A stretch of 64,000 bases of DNA from an uncultured Pirellulales bacterium (lineage in GTDB: Bacteria > Planctomycetota > Phycisphaerae > Sedimentisphaerales > CAYZTY01), in assembly GCA_964444665.1 (NCBI GenBank), contig CAYUIE010000003.1:110280-174279 (forward strand). The letters are read 5' to 3'. Shown piece after piece: positions 29,138 through 38,967 of this stretch (positions are counted from its first letter, which is position 1; each line of letters opens with the position of its first letter). The position numbers were made by a program, and so were the translations under genes. The notes under the pieces are model-generated. The model was not told the DNA's origin and searched no databases. It saw only the letters and a list, made by a program, of their open reading frames with translations.

Positions 29138-30286
29138 TTACATTATCACCAGCTTAGCTTGAAGAGCACCGCTCTTTTTAAGGGCATTAAATATCGCTAT
29201 CATATCCCTCGGTGTTGCTCCTATTGCATTTAAAGTTTTAGCCAGCTCTGAAATAGTAACCGACCTGGATATAGGAATCAGATGTCCTTCTTTTTCTTCT
29301 ACTCCTATTATTGTTTCCGGAACTCGTTCCGTCGTGCCGGCATCAGAGAAAGGAGCGACTGGTTGAGAAACAATCTCGGTTTCCTTGATTTTTACAACAA
29401 GGCTGCCCTGAGAAATCGCCACTGCTGATATTCCGACATTTTCTCCAATTACAATGGTTCCGGTACGTTCGTTAATAACTACCACTGCGGGGGTATCAAC
29501 TTTCACTTCTTGCTGGGTAATATCATCTATAAAGCCAGCTATATCTGCCTGGCTAATCTCATTTGGGACTTTAACCCTAACAGTTCCCGCATCACTTACC
29601 AAAGCACAGTCAGAAAACACTCGGTTAATGGCCTCGCTTATTCGGTATGCAGTTGAAAAATCGCTGTTTCTAAGATTAAACGTAATAATTCTATAACCAG
29701 CAATATTCTCAACAAATACAGCTATCTCTTCCTTTTCAACAACCGCCCCATCAGGTATTCGTCCGACAGTCTGGTGGTTTTTTGTCACCGAAGCCTTGTT
29801 GCCAATAGCAGCCCACCCACCTATCGAGACTCCCCCCTGAGCTACTGCATAAATCTGACCATCAAGACCTTCTAAAGGAGTTGGCAGAAGCATCCCACCT
29901 TGAAGGCTTTTTGCATCCCCTATAGTAGATACATCAACATCAATTCTTGAGCCTTCTCTATTAAAAGGTCCCAATTCCGCCATAACCATTACCACAGCAA
30001 TATTGCCACCGGCTAAATCCGATGGACCCAGAACTATGCCTGAGTCACGAAGTATGCTTGTTAGTATTTGTCGCGACAGAATTGTTGTATCACCAGTTCC
30101 GGAAAGACCAATCACCAAACCAACGCCTTTAAGCGGATTACTGCGAACTCCCTGAATGTCCACAATGTCTTTTATTCGCTCACCGTAAACAACATTAGCA
30201 AAAATCAAGCAAATTATAATTAAATAATTTACAAGTTCCTTTGCGCTTTTATACTTTTGTGTTCTTGTAGTTCTTTGTGAATTCAT
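29138..30286 (-). CDS. flgI: Flagellar P-ring protein FlgI
   Basis: IKDIVDIQGVRSNPLKGVGLVIGLSGTGD and the C-terminal ..TPRDMIAIFNALKKSGALQAKLVIM are hallmark FlgI strings. Confidence 0.93.
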   Translation of the reverse strand: MNSQRTTRTQKYKSAKELVNYLIIICLIFANVVYGERIKDIVDIQGVRSNPLKGVGLVIGLSGTGDTTILSRQILTSILRDSGIVLGPSDLAGGNIAVVMVMAELGPFNREGSRIDVDVSTIGDAKSLQGGMLLPTPLEGLDGQIYAVAQGGVSIGGWAAIGNKASVTKNHQTVGRIPDGAVVEKEEIAVFVENIAGYRIITFNLRNSDFSTAYRISEAINRVFSDCALVSDAGTVRVKVPNEISQADIAGFIDDITQQEVKVDTPAVVVINERTGTIVIGENVGISAVAISQGSLVVKIKETEIVSQPVAPFSDAGTTERVPETIIGVEEKEGHLIPISRSVTISELAKTLNAIGATPRDMIAIFNALKKSGALQAKLVIM

Positions 30287-30327
30287 AAGTCAATTACCAC
30301 TGCATAAGAAAGGAAAAACTACCTGAC

Positions 30328-30957
30328 CTAAAATGGCCAGAGAATATCAAATATTCTCCCAAGCCAACCCGGTCTATTATATGGTTCAGATATGCCCGTG
30401 TTTTTGGTTAGTATCCGAAGGTCCGCAACTTGTTCACTCTTGACTGAATTATCAAATGCAATGTCACTCGGCTTCACTATTCCGCTTATCTCGATAATCT
30501 GCTTGTCACCTGCGATGTCTCGATTACGTGTCCCCATAACAACAAGATTACCATTAGGTAAGACATCCATAACAACTACAGCTATTCGGTCGACGAAACT
30601 GCGCTCATCTTTATAATCAGAATTGCTTTTCAGTTCATTAGAGGATTCGGCCGCCATAGTAAAGCCCGGCATATTGGGCAGTATACTGTGATTTTCAGTT
30701 TTGATTCCCAGTTCCCCATTAAAGCTCGATGACTTATCAACTTCTTTTTTCAGGTTTCTCTTGGTTTTGTTATCGACCTTGCTGTCTTCACTGATTTTAA
30801 TCGTCAGAATATCACCTATCTGGCGTGCTACATCGTCAGCATACTGCTCTTTCATATTCTTATCCCTTTTGGCCCAGATAGACCCTGCCTTCGAGCAATT
30901 GGTCGAACATAAAATAAAAAACATCAGGGTTAACATTGAAATTACTTTGTTACTCAT
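30328..30957 (-). CDS. flgH: Flagellar L-ring protein FlgH
   Basis: Signal peptide followed by GSIWAKRD..DDVARQIGDILTIKISEDS and ..ISGIVKPSDI..N.V.S..VADLRI. Confidence 0.9.
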   Translation of the reverse strand: MSNKVISMLTLMFFILCSTNCSKAGSIWAKRDKNMKEQYADDVARQIGDILTIKISEDSKVDNKTKRNLKKEVDKSSSFNGELGIKTENHSILPNMPGFTMAAESSNELKSNSDYKDERSFVDRIAVVVMDVLPNGNLVVMGTRNRDIAGDKQIIEISGIVKPSDIAFDNSVKSEQVADLRILTKNTGISEPYNRPGWLGRIFDILWPF

Positions 30958-30968
30958 CTTTCATCCTT

Positions 30969-31997
30969 TTAGAATATTGGTTCCACGGTTCCATCTTCAT
31001 TAACTCTTGCCAAAATTATCCGCTGTGAGTCTATATTTCGGACCTTTATATATTCGCCACCTCTGGCTTCCTGCAGAGCTTTTCCGATGGCCGTCACCAT
31101 AAGTTCCGGTCTATCGACGCGAATAACGACATTTTGATTTCGCTTAATAACAACTTTAGATTTGACTGGAGAGAGCATGTATGGGCGAAGAACAGTATTT
31201 GCCGGCAACTGACGTTTAGCAACAAGGCCATATGGTGGTTTCCACCCATCAGATCGCGGATAATTTGATATGGTGTTTTCTATTTTTATGTTCTCAGGAC
31301 TGATAATTGTTCCCGCTGGAATATCAACCATTGTTACTGCTTTGCGACGGTTGTACTTCAAACGAAATGTTACTTCTCGTAATCCTATTTGCCTGCCGTA
31401 TTGAGATACAAGAATTTGAACTTTAGCCAGATTCGCTGAAGTGCCTCCGACCAAAAGTGGGGTAAGCTTAACAGCTTCGTTCTCTTTAGGTATGATTAAA
31501 TCATCCGGTATCTGTACCGGGTCTATTTGACAGACAGAATCAGCAGGTAACTTTTCCTTCAAAAAAGCAATTGCCGGTTCAACAAATTCGCTACCTTTGA
31601 TAATTTGCTCTTGTCGTCTTATCGTTATCTTCTCTGCACCGCTTAACCGCACTTTCGATGCTGGAATTCCACTGCAAGCTAATCTGCTCAGAAGCAGAGA
31701 CCTGTCAATAACAATCTGTTGGCCAGGTATCGATATTCTTCCTAAGGCAGCCTCTCCTGCCTTAGATACAAGGGCCTCTTCACCCCGGATTATACTAATT
31801 CGGCCTAATTTTATATCACTACCTTTTACTGCAACTTCCCTCGGCAGATAAATCTGTAATATTGAACTGTCTTCTAATTCAGCTATTCCAATATCTGCAT
31901 ATACCCGGCAGAAAAATATACACGTCAAAAGTACACAAGCTAAAAGCATACTTGCGTTTTTGCACTTCGATATTCTTATGACTTTTTTTCTGCCCAT
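30969..31997 (-). CDS. flgA: P-ring assembly chaperone FlgA (long form)
   Basis: Signal peptide, a SAF-like segment and the FlgA-type C-terminus (GKALQEARGGEYIKVRNIDSQRIILARVNEDGTVE). It lies between flgG and flgH. Confidence 0.75.
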   Translation of the reverse strand: MGRKKVIRISKCKNASMLLACVLLTCIFFCRVYADIGIAELEDSSILQIYLPREVAVKGSDIKLGRISIIRGEEALVSKAGEAALGRISIPGQQIVIDRSLLLSRLACSGIPASKVRLSGAEKITIRRQEQIIKGSEFVEPAIAFLKEKLPADSVCQIDPVQIPDDLIIPKENEAVKLTPLLVGGTSANLAKVQILVSQYGRQIGLREVTFRLKYNRRKAVTMVDIPAGTIISPENIKIENTISNYPRSDGWKPPYGLVAKRQLPANTVLRPYMLSPVKSKVVIKRNQNVVIRVDRPELMVTAIGKALQEARGGEYIKVRNIDSQRIILARVNEDGTVEPIF

Positions 31998-32006
31998 AAA
32001 AATCCC

Positions 32007-32792
32007 TTAAATAACAATGCTGTTTGCCGTTTTCAGCATATCATCACCGGCCTTTATTGCACGTGAGTTTATTTCGTATGCTCGTTGGGCAGTGATAAGG
32101 CTAACTAATTCGTTTACCATCTGGACATTGGATTTCTCCAAAAATCCAGATTGGATAGTACCCAAACCTCCTACACCCGGCGTACCGGTTATAGATGTGC
32201 CGCTTGCCGCAGTTTCCGCAAATAAATTATCTCCTTCGCTGGAAAGGCCGGATGGATTTTGGAATTGAGCCAATTGTAGAGTACCAACTACCGACAATGT
32301 TCCATCAGCACCAGTAACATTAACACCTCCATCTTTTTCTATACTTACCGAGACAGCATCGGCCGGAACAGCAACTGCCGGCTCAATAGTGTAACCTGCG
32401 GTTGTAACTAATTCACCGTTGGCGTTTATTTGCAGTGAGCCATCACGGGTATATCTTGTATCGCCATTCGGTGTAGTTACCTGAAAAAAGCCGCCTCCAG
32501 TAATAGCTACATCAAGAGGTCGGCCCGTATTCTGAAACTCACCTGAAGTAAAAACTTTGGCTGTAGAAGCAGCGCGTACCCCACTGCCTATCTCTAAACC
32601 ACTTGGGCTGTTTATACCTGAAGCAACTTCCGTGCCCGGCTCTTTTAAATTGATATAAAGCAGATCCTGAAAATTTATCTGGCTTCGTTTAAAACCAGTG
32701 GTGTTAATATTAGCAAGGTTATTGGCAATAGTATCTACCATCATCTGTTGAGCAGTCATACCTGTCGCTGCTGTAGAAAATGCTCTTAACAT
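32007..32792 (-). CDS. flgG: Distal rod protein FlgG
   Basis: MLRAFSTAATGMTAQQMMVDTIANNLANINTTGFKRS and the C-terminal LEKSNVQMVNELVSLITAQRAYEINSRAIKAGDDML. Confidence 0.93.
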   Translation of the reverse strand: MLRAFSTAATGMTAQQMMVDTIANNLANINTTGFKRSQINFQDLLYINLKEPGTEVASGINSPSGLEIGSGVRAASTAKVFTSGEFQNTGRPLDVAITGGGFFQVTTPNGDTRYTRDGSLQINANGELVTTAGYTIEPAVAVPADAVSVSIEKDGGVNVTGADGTLSVVGTLQLAQFQNPSGLSSEGDNLFAETAASGTSITGTPGVGGLGTIQSGFLEKSNVQMVNELVSLITAQRAYEINSRAIKAGDDMLKTANSIVI

Positions 32793-32820
32793 TTTATCTT
32801 TCTCCTTATCTTAGAGAGAT

Positions 32821-33570
32821 TTAAGCCATAGCTACACTCATAATGCTGTTGGAGGCTTGCTGCTGGGCCCTAATGAAATCCATATTTGCTTCATAGAGCC
32901 TGGTTACCATTATCATATCAACAAGCTCATCAATAATTTTAACGTTTGATGCCTCCTGGTAGCCCTGTTTTATAATAACGTTATCCGCAGGAAGAGGTGT
33001 TATATCCTGCTCAGGCATTCGGTAACAATTCAGGCCGACCGGCACGAGCCTGCCCTCGTCGTCTTTGAAATCAACAAGCCTGAATTTTCCGATAACTACG
33101 CCGTTATTACTGATGCTTCCGTCGCTTGAAACGTTAAGTTTAGCAAGCTCTATACCACTCGGTATTGTGATTGGCCCAGCCTGGCCTGCCACAATTCTGC
33201 CATCAGAATCCACTATTTGACCATTTTGATTTACCCCGAATGTACCATTACGGCTGTATAGTGGTCCCTCAGATGTCTCTATTACAAAGAAACCTTTACC
33301 ATATAGAGCAAAATCCATTGGCCGGTCTGTTTCAGTAATACTGCCCTGGGAAAAATCAAGTGCCGAATTCAATTCAATAGTGCCGGGAGAATATGACTGC
33401 TGACTTTCTTCTTGCGCCTCAAGAGCTCTTGAAAACGCATTACAAATTCTCTTATATCCTGCCGTACTTACATTAGCCAGATTATGTGTTATTATTTCAA
33501 ATTCCTGTGTTAATGCATCAATGCTTGAACTAACCTGGGATATAATGTCTGACAATTTTAAACTCCTCAA
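32821..33570 (-). CDS. flgF: Proximal rod protein FlgF
   Basis: Rod-family termini (ITHNLANVSTAGYKR; QGYQEASNVKIIDELVDMIMVTRLYEANMDFI). It lies directly upstream of flgG. Confidence 0.85.
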   Translation of the reverse strand: MRSLKLSDIISQVSSSIDALTQEFEIITHNLANVSTAGYKRICNAFSRALEAQEESQQSYSPGTIELNSALDFSQGSITETDRPMDFALYGKGFFVIETSEGPLYSRNGTFGVNQNGQIVDSDGRIVAGQAGPITIPSGIELAKLNVSSDGSISNNGVVIGKFRLVDFKDDEGRLVPVGLNCYRMPEQDITPLPADNVIIKQGYQEASNVKIIDELVDMIMVTRLYEANMDFIRAQQQASNSIMSVAMA

Positions 33571-34385
33571 ACCGAAGCTGTTTCTACAACATCTTCCTTT
33601 GTGGTTTGCTCATCACCGGCAGAGAAAGAAATCTCCTTATCCGAACCATCAGCCTTCCAAAAAGCTTCTTTAGCGGCGTTCATCAGCTCATAAACATCGG
33701 AGTCGATAAATCCGGTTAATTCAACTGCGATTGAAAAACCGTCCCTCGCAGCTTCAACTTGCCTAACCTCACCTACAATTCCTACTGTTTTCAGCAGTGT
33801 TTTTTTTGAATCCCCACGGTCTGGCAGCTTGTCCTGTCGCTGTTCTTCACCCAACTTAAGCACTACCAATACTCTCTCACCTTTTTTTACCTCTGATGGC
33901 ACATCTGCACATAAACCCAAACCCGCCAGCTCAGTAACAACGCCGGGAACAAACTCCGGAGGTCCCCACTCTCCCTTTGAGGCCTTGTCTGGGCTACCGC
34001 CGGGATTAGCTTTCATATTATCTTTGTCTGTAACAATCTCTTTTGAGGAAGGGAAAGGAGCAACAAAAGCCGGATAATTTACTCCAACTCGCAAAAAACG
34101 CCGGTTTTCAATAATCTTCAAATCATCATTATATACTTCTAATATTTTTTTTCCCGAATCCTTGTTAGGATTACTCTTAGTTTGCTTATTTTTCGTTTGA
34201 CGTAAACTCACTATTACCAATAAAACAATCAATATAATTAAAGTAATAAACGCAACAACGACAAACACGCTTTCTGATGTATCATTTCCACTTAAGCTCT
34301 TACTCGCAGCCCTCCACCTTTCCGTCGGCGTAAGAGCCGAAATATAAGCATTCAACACTGTTGCTATAATGGGCACTGTCATCAT
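33567..34385 (-). CDS. Membrane-anchored protein with a degenerate PilZ-like C-terminal domain
   Basis: N-terminal TM segment (VVVAFITLIILIVLLVIVSL). Downstream are NRRFLRVGV (RxxxR-like), TELAGLGLCADV (D/N-x-S-x-x-G-like, with E and A substitutions), and the beta-barrel-like GERVLVVLKL...GIVGEVRQVE..DGFSIAVELTGF. Confidence 0.4.
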   Translation of the reverse strand: MMTVPIIATVLNAYISALTPTERWRAASKSLSGNDTSESVFVVVAFITLIILIVLLVIVSLRQTKNKQTKSNPNKDSGKKILEVYNDDLKIIENRRFLRVGVNYPAFVAPFPSSKEIVTDKDNMKANPGGSPDKASKGEWGPPEFVPGVVTELAGLGLCADVPSEVKKGERVLVVLKLGEEQRQDKLPDRGDSKKTLLKTVGIVGEVRQVEAARDGFSIAVELTGFIDSDVYELMNAAKEAFWKADGSDKEISFSAGDEQTTKEDVVETASV

Positions 34386-34407
34386 CTTAGCTTTCTACAG
34401 TCAGTTT

Positions 34408-36099
34408 CTACCTGATAAGATTGCTTAACTCTCGCAGTATTTCATTAGCAACTCTAATAGTCCTCGCATTTGCCTGGAAACCGTTCTGAGCCTGTATCAT
34501 ATTCACAAACTCTGTTGCCACATCAGCATTAGACTTTTCCAATGCACCGCCATGAATAGTACCGGCACCGGCGGTCATACCTTGTGTAGCTACAGCCTCT
34601 CCCGAATTAGCCGAAGGAATGAAGTATCCACTGCCAACACTTTCAAGACCTGCCGTGTTCTGGAACAGCGATACCTGAAGAGTCGCAATGTTTCTCTTAA
34701 TGCCGTTAGAGAAAGCACCAATAAGTATGCCTTCATTATTAACTGAAACAGTTGATAGCCTACCTGCCTCATATCCATCCTGCTCTCTCGCTACTGCCGT
34801 AGAATTGCCGGCAAATTGTGTCAAGCCGTCCAACTTGCCTACCGTTCCCAGCTCTAACTGCATTGTTTGGGGATTTGATGGGTCATGGGCAAAGGTTATT
34901 ACAAATTCAGGCGAATCGATACCCGACAAACCAGCATAAGAACCATCATTAGCATCGAATGTTATATCCTCAATACGTCTATCTGCCATAGTGATGTCAT
35001 AAATGTTTCCGGTTACTGAGGTCAGTACCATATCCCAGGTATTGGTAGTATCTGTTCTGACAAATGCGCCTGAAAGAACGTGCTTACCTCCCAATGTGTC
35101 ATATACAGTAATATTGATATTCTTAACTTCTTCTCCTCCAACAGCTTGTATCTCAAAATATGCGGGAGTTGTAAGTACACCATCACCCGTGTATGACAGT
35201 TCAACATCCGACCTGCTATAACCACCGACATCATCAGTTATTCTGATTTGACCATTAAACAAGGCAGCAGTGGTGCCGCTTAGAACATTAGTATTCAAAT
35301 GGTCTATAAGGTCACCAAGTGTTGTAGTCGGATCAACCGTAAAGCTAAGACCGCTGGTAAAACCGATGCCATTCTGATGATACCCGGAAATATTAATTGT
35401 CCCCGAGTTACCAACGCTTAATTGGCCATCGGCTTCTCCACCACCGCTAAACTGGTCAAGTTGGTCAATTTCTGTAGTCAGGCTGGCCGCATTACCACTA
35501 TCTTTTGTATAAGAGATGTTTGAAGCTATAATTTGCCTTCGAGGTGTTGAAAACGCTGCATCAGAGCTGAGATTTCCAGAGATAACCATTTGTGACGTAG
35601 CGCTTGCAGGCATTGCCACATCATAAGGCACACGAATATTGCTATCTCCAGGAGTCTGAAAACCGTCTATTTCTCCCTCCGAACCGATACGCTGCACTCG
35701 AAAACCCGTTGAGGGGTCAACCAAATTCGATTCTGCATCAACCGCAAATGTACCTGCTCGTGTATAGACGTTTTGTTGTCCATCGCTGAGAACAAAATAG
35801 CCTTCTCCCTCAAGTGCCAAATCCAAAGGATTTCCCGTATTGATGATATTGCCCTGTATTGTATTGGGGCTTATACCTGATATTCCAACGCCGCTGCCCA
35901 TTTGCATAGGATTGGTACCGCCGACGTTTGTGGTTGGCTGTGATGCCTTTTTTATGGTCTCACTGAGCAATTCCAAAAAAGTTATTCTGCTTGCCTTAAA
36001 CGCGGTTGTGTTAACATTCGCCAGGTTATTACCTGCTACATCCAACATTTTCTGATGAGCCTGCAGGCCACTTACTCCGGCTGAAAGTGCAAAAGTCAT
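34408..36099 (-). CDS. flgE: Flagellar hook protein FlgE
   Basis: N-terminus FALSAGVSGLQAHQKMLDVAGNNLANVNTTAFK and C-terminus LEKSNADVATEFVNMIQAQNGFQANARTIRVANEIL. Length is 563 aa. Confidence 0.9.
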   Translation of the reverse strand: MTFALSAGVSGLQAHQKMLDVAGNNLANVNTTAFKASRITFLELLSETIKKASQPTTNVGGTNPMQMGSGVGISGISPNTIQGNIINTGNPLDLALEGEGYFVLSDGQQNVYTRAGTFAVDAESNLVDPSTGFRVQRIGSEGEIDGFQTPGDSNIRVPYDVAMPASATSQMVISGNLSSDAAFSTPRRQIIASNISYTKDSGNAASLTTEIDQLDQFSGGGEADGQLSVGNSGTINISGYHQNGIGFTSGLSFTVDPTTTLGDLIDHLNTNVLSGTTAALFNGQIRITDDVGGYSRSDVELSYTGDGVLTTPAYFEIQAVGGEEVKNINITVYDTLGGKHVLSGAFVRTDTTNTWDMVLTSVTGNIYDITMADRRIEDITFDANDGSYAGLSGIDSPEFVITFAHDPSNPQTMQLELGTVGKLDGLTQFAGNSTAVAREQDGYEAGRLSTVSVNNEGILIGAFSNGIKRNIATLQVSLFQNTAGLESVGSGYFIPSANSGEAVATQGMTAGAGTIHGGALEKSNADVATEFVNMIQAQNGFQANARTIRVANEILRELSNLIR

Positions 36100-36137
36100 T
36101 TTTATTTCTCCTTATACAATAATAGAATATCAATCTA

Positions 36138-36827
36138 TTAGTTTTTAACTGATATTACATCTTCCAAACTTAGAGCACGACTTACGACCAAATAATTCTG
36201 TCCATCTTTTTCGTAAATATTCTCAATTTCTCCACCCCGAGTCTCTATAACACCGGTTTCTGTATTTTCCACAAGGAATGAAACATTTTTACCTACTAAT
36301 GAGTCGGCGACGTCCTTAAAATTAACTTGGTGACCGTCCACTATCAAAAAGCTATCTCCATTAGCATCTTCATAAACCTGATTAATTATACCTGTTGTAA
36401 TTTCCGTTGTGCCGCTTTGTGTTTCCCTGAGATATGTAACTTCCTGCCCTATCAACGAATCAGCCACATCCGCCCAATTAAAAGTACGCTTACCTACTAT
36501 CAAAAAGTATTCCCCCTCAATGTTATAAATTTCATTAACCGTTTCGCTCAACTTCCTGAAGCTGCCCATCCCTGTTCCTTCTAAGAATGAAACATCCTTA
36601 CCTAACAGTGAATTAGCATAACCTAACTCAGCAGCTGAAAGAAACTTTCCAAAGTTTGAATTAATTGACTCAAGCTGCTCCAGTTCTGAGAATTGCGCCA
36701 ACTGTGAGGCCATCTCATTGTTATCCATTGGTTCAAGTGGATTCTGGTATTGCAGCTGAGCTATCAGAAGTCTCATGTAGTCCATTCGTATGTCAGTCGC
36801 TGCTGTTGTTGCTGTTATTGAGCTCAT
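36138..36827 (-). CDS. flgD: Hook capping / assembly protein FlgD
   Basis: DYMRLLIAQLQYQNPLEPMDNNEMASQLAQFSELEQL is the FlgD signature. It lies directly upstream of flgE. Confidence 0.88.
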   Translation of the reverse strand: MSSITATTAATDIRMDYMRLLIAQLQYQNPLEPMDNNEMASQLAQFSELEQLESINSNFGKFLSAAELGYANSLLGKDVSFLEGTGMGSFRKLSETVNEIYNIEGEYFLIVGKRTFNWADVADSLIGQEVTYLRETQSGTTEITTGIINQVYEDANGDSFLIVDGHQVNFKDVADSLVGKNVSFLVENTETGVIETRGGEIENIYEKDGQNYLVVSRALSLEDVISVKN

Positions 36828-36915
36828 ATATTCGTCTTCTTCCTAAAAAATCCGATGATTAAACAAATCTTCTTTTTTAAATTGTTCGCGACAATAATAG
36901 TCCGGGCAAATCTTG

Positions 36916-36931
36916 TGCAATCGGTATGCCA
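36916..36931 (-). promoter_or_regulatory. Sigma-54 promoter for the flgD-led gene run
   Basis: The minus strand reads TGGCAT-ACCGA-TTGCA against the consensus TGGCAC-N5-TTGCW. It lies about 90-105 nt upstream of the flgD ATG. Confidence 0.6.
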
Positions 36932-37024
36932 TATTTAAATCATCGTAATTTATATGTTATGTAACGTCTTGTCATAAAAGACCTTAAGTGTATTGTAAAT
37001 TTGTACAAATATAGAAATCTGTCT

Positions 37025-37042
37025 TATGAAAAGCCTTTCATA
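37025..37042. promoter_or_regulatory. Perfect palindrome TATGAAA-AGCC-TTTCATA, a candidate activator (UAS) site
   Basis: 7-bp arms with a 4-bp spacer, read directly. It is centred about 110 bp upstream of the sigma-54 promoter at 36916-36931, the usual distance for enhancer-binding-protein sites. Confidence 0.3.
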
Positions 37043-37148
37043 GGATAAACCTTCCTACACCCCAGAAAATTCTGCCGATTTTGAAAGTTTTTAACTCATA
37101 TGTGTAAAAAGACGCATTTTCATTACTCTACATATTTTTTAAACGATA

Positions 37149-37278
37149 CAAGAAAGTCCTATAAGAAATAGTAGTTTTATCTTTAAAAGAGAAGCTTGTT
37201 TACTTTGTTGCTAACTTACTTATGATAACTGATTGACATATCAACTATAATTTTGCTTATATCAAGAAAGTCCTATAA
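37149..37278. repeat. Pair of identical 16-bp direct repeats CAAGAAAGTCCTATAA (37149-37164 and 37263-37278)
   Basis: Exact 16/16 match, 114 bp apart, in the 680-bp ORF-free divergent region between flgD and the sigma-54 activator gene. Confidence 0.6.
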
Positions 37279-37506
37279 TTAAATTAAAACGTCCGATAAG
37301 GTTATTAATCATTCGATTACTTCTTTTAAGCAAAAAAATTGTAAGATTATTGGCCCGTCCCATAAAAAATTAAAGTAGCTTTCAATAGTCTGTCGATTTA
37401 CTTATCTGTATATTTGCAAATATTTATTTCATTTATCTACGAATTATGATCATCCATATAAATTGAGATAATAAGTGGGGGATAACATTTATGGCTCCAT
37501 AGTAAA

Positions 37507-38943
37507 ATGAATTTACGTATAGTCGTTGCGGTAACTAAGGAAACGCACATCCAGCAGTTAGCCCGACGTATTGGCCAAGACATATTTGTAGCCGATAACA
37601 TAGCTGAAGCTATAGACATTATTCAGACTGTCAGCCCGGATTTAATCCTATTTGATTATCATTTTACTCCAAGACATATCCACGAATTTCTCAATACGAC
37701 CTATAATAATTCGATAAATGTCCCCGTTGTGGTTGTTGGCAGTGATGAAACTAATGCAGGCTTGGTCAACGAATTCAAACAGATGGGTATTATCGACTAT
37801 GTGAACGGGAAACAAGAATACGGCCGACTGGAGCAAATCGCACAACGGATAAAACAACAACGCAAGATTCCCAGCGACAAAAATATCAACGACTTTTTCT
37901 TTGAAGACTTCGCAGCTTCTATTTCTATGGTCGGTAAAAGTTGCGCAATCCAAAATACTTTAAAGATGATTAAACTTGTCGCCGCCAGTAGATGTAACCC
38001 GGTTCTGATAGTTGGTGAAACAGGTACCGGCAAAGAATTAGCTGCTAAGGCGGTACACATTTTAAGGTGCCCAAATGAGCCCTTTGTAGCTGTAAATTGT
38101 GCTGCCCTTACAGCAAATTTGCTTGAAAGTGAACTTTTCGGCCACGTCAAAGGCTCCTTCACCGGTGCTGACCGTGATAAAACAGGTCTTCTTGAACTGG
38201 CTGGTAAAGGTACCCTCCTGCTTGATGAAATCTCTGAAATGCCAATGGAACTACAGGCAAAGCTGTTACGGATTATTCAAGAAAAAAACTTTCGAAAAGT
38301 AGGAGGTACTAAAACTATCACCTGTGACGCTACAATAATAGTCACCAGCAACCGTGATTTACACAAGGAAATCCAAAATAATCACTTTCGCCGTGACCTA
38401 TACCATCGCCTAAATATCAGCCCCATAGCTATCGCTCCTCTCAAAGTACTCCAGAGAAAAGAGGATATCCCCCTTCTGGCTGAGTATTTTCTGAGGACAT
38501 CGACAATTTGTCCTGAAAAACAGAATAAAATAAAATCATTAACCAAGATGGCTATGGAAGCTTTGGAAAAATACGACTGGCCTGGCAATGTCCGAGAACT
38601 TCATAATGTTATTGAAAGAGCGATACTGATAGAAACAACAGACAAAATCGGTCTTAGAAGTATTGTAATTAATCCTATGGAATACGCACTTAACACTAAT
38701 AAACCGACAAGAAGCTACATAAATAATTTTTCATTGGCAAAGGCTGAACGAGAGTTAATTTGCCGGGCTTTGCGAGAAACCAGCTGGCAAAAAACAAAAG
38801 CAGCCGCCCTTCTCGGAATAACCAGAGCGACCCTATACGCAAAGGTCAAGCAATACAACATTAAAAAGGGCATATTTGTCGAAAAAGAGCCGCAATATGA
38901 GGAACCAGCCTCCCTGCTGTCTGAGCCAATATCTGCTGCATAG
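37507..38943 (+). CDS. Sigma-54-dependent transcriptional activator (FleQ/FlrA-like: atypical receiver + AAA+ + Fis-type HTH)
   Basis: Walker A GETGTGKELAAKAVH, GAFTGA-type loop KGSFTGAD, Walker B LLLDEI, and C-terminal HTH AAALLGITRATLYAKVKQY. The N-terminal receiver-like domain lacks the acidic pair after beta-1 (VVAVTKE). Confidence 0.85.
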   Translation: MNLRIVVAVTKETHIQQLARRIGQDIFVADNIAEAIDIIQTVSPDLILFDYHFTPRHIHEFLNTTYNNSINVPVVVVGSDETNAGLVNEFKQMGIIDYVNGKQEYGRLEQIAQRIKQQRKIPSDKNINDFFFEDFAASISMVGKSCAIQNTLKMIKLVAASRCNPVLIVGETGTGKELAAKAVHILRCPNEPFVAVNCAALTANLLESELFGHVKGSFTGADRDKTGLLELAGKGTLLLDEISEMPMELQAKLLRIIQEKNFRKVGGTKTITCDATIIVTSNRDLHKEIQNNHFRRDLYHRLNISPIAIAPLKVLQRKEDIPLLAEYFLRTSTICPEKQNKIKSLTKMAMEALEKYDWPGNVRELHNVIERAILIETTDKIGLRSIVINPMEYALNTNKPTRSYINNFSLAKAERELICRALRETSWQKTKAAALLGITRATLYAKVKQYNIKKGIFVEKEPQYEEPASLLSEPISAA

Positions 38944-38967
38944 TTTCACGTCCTTAATTAAAAGCCA

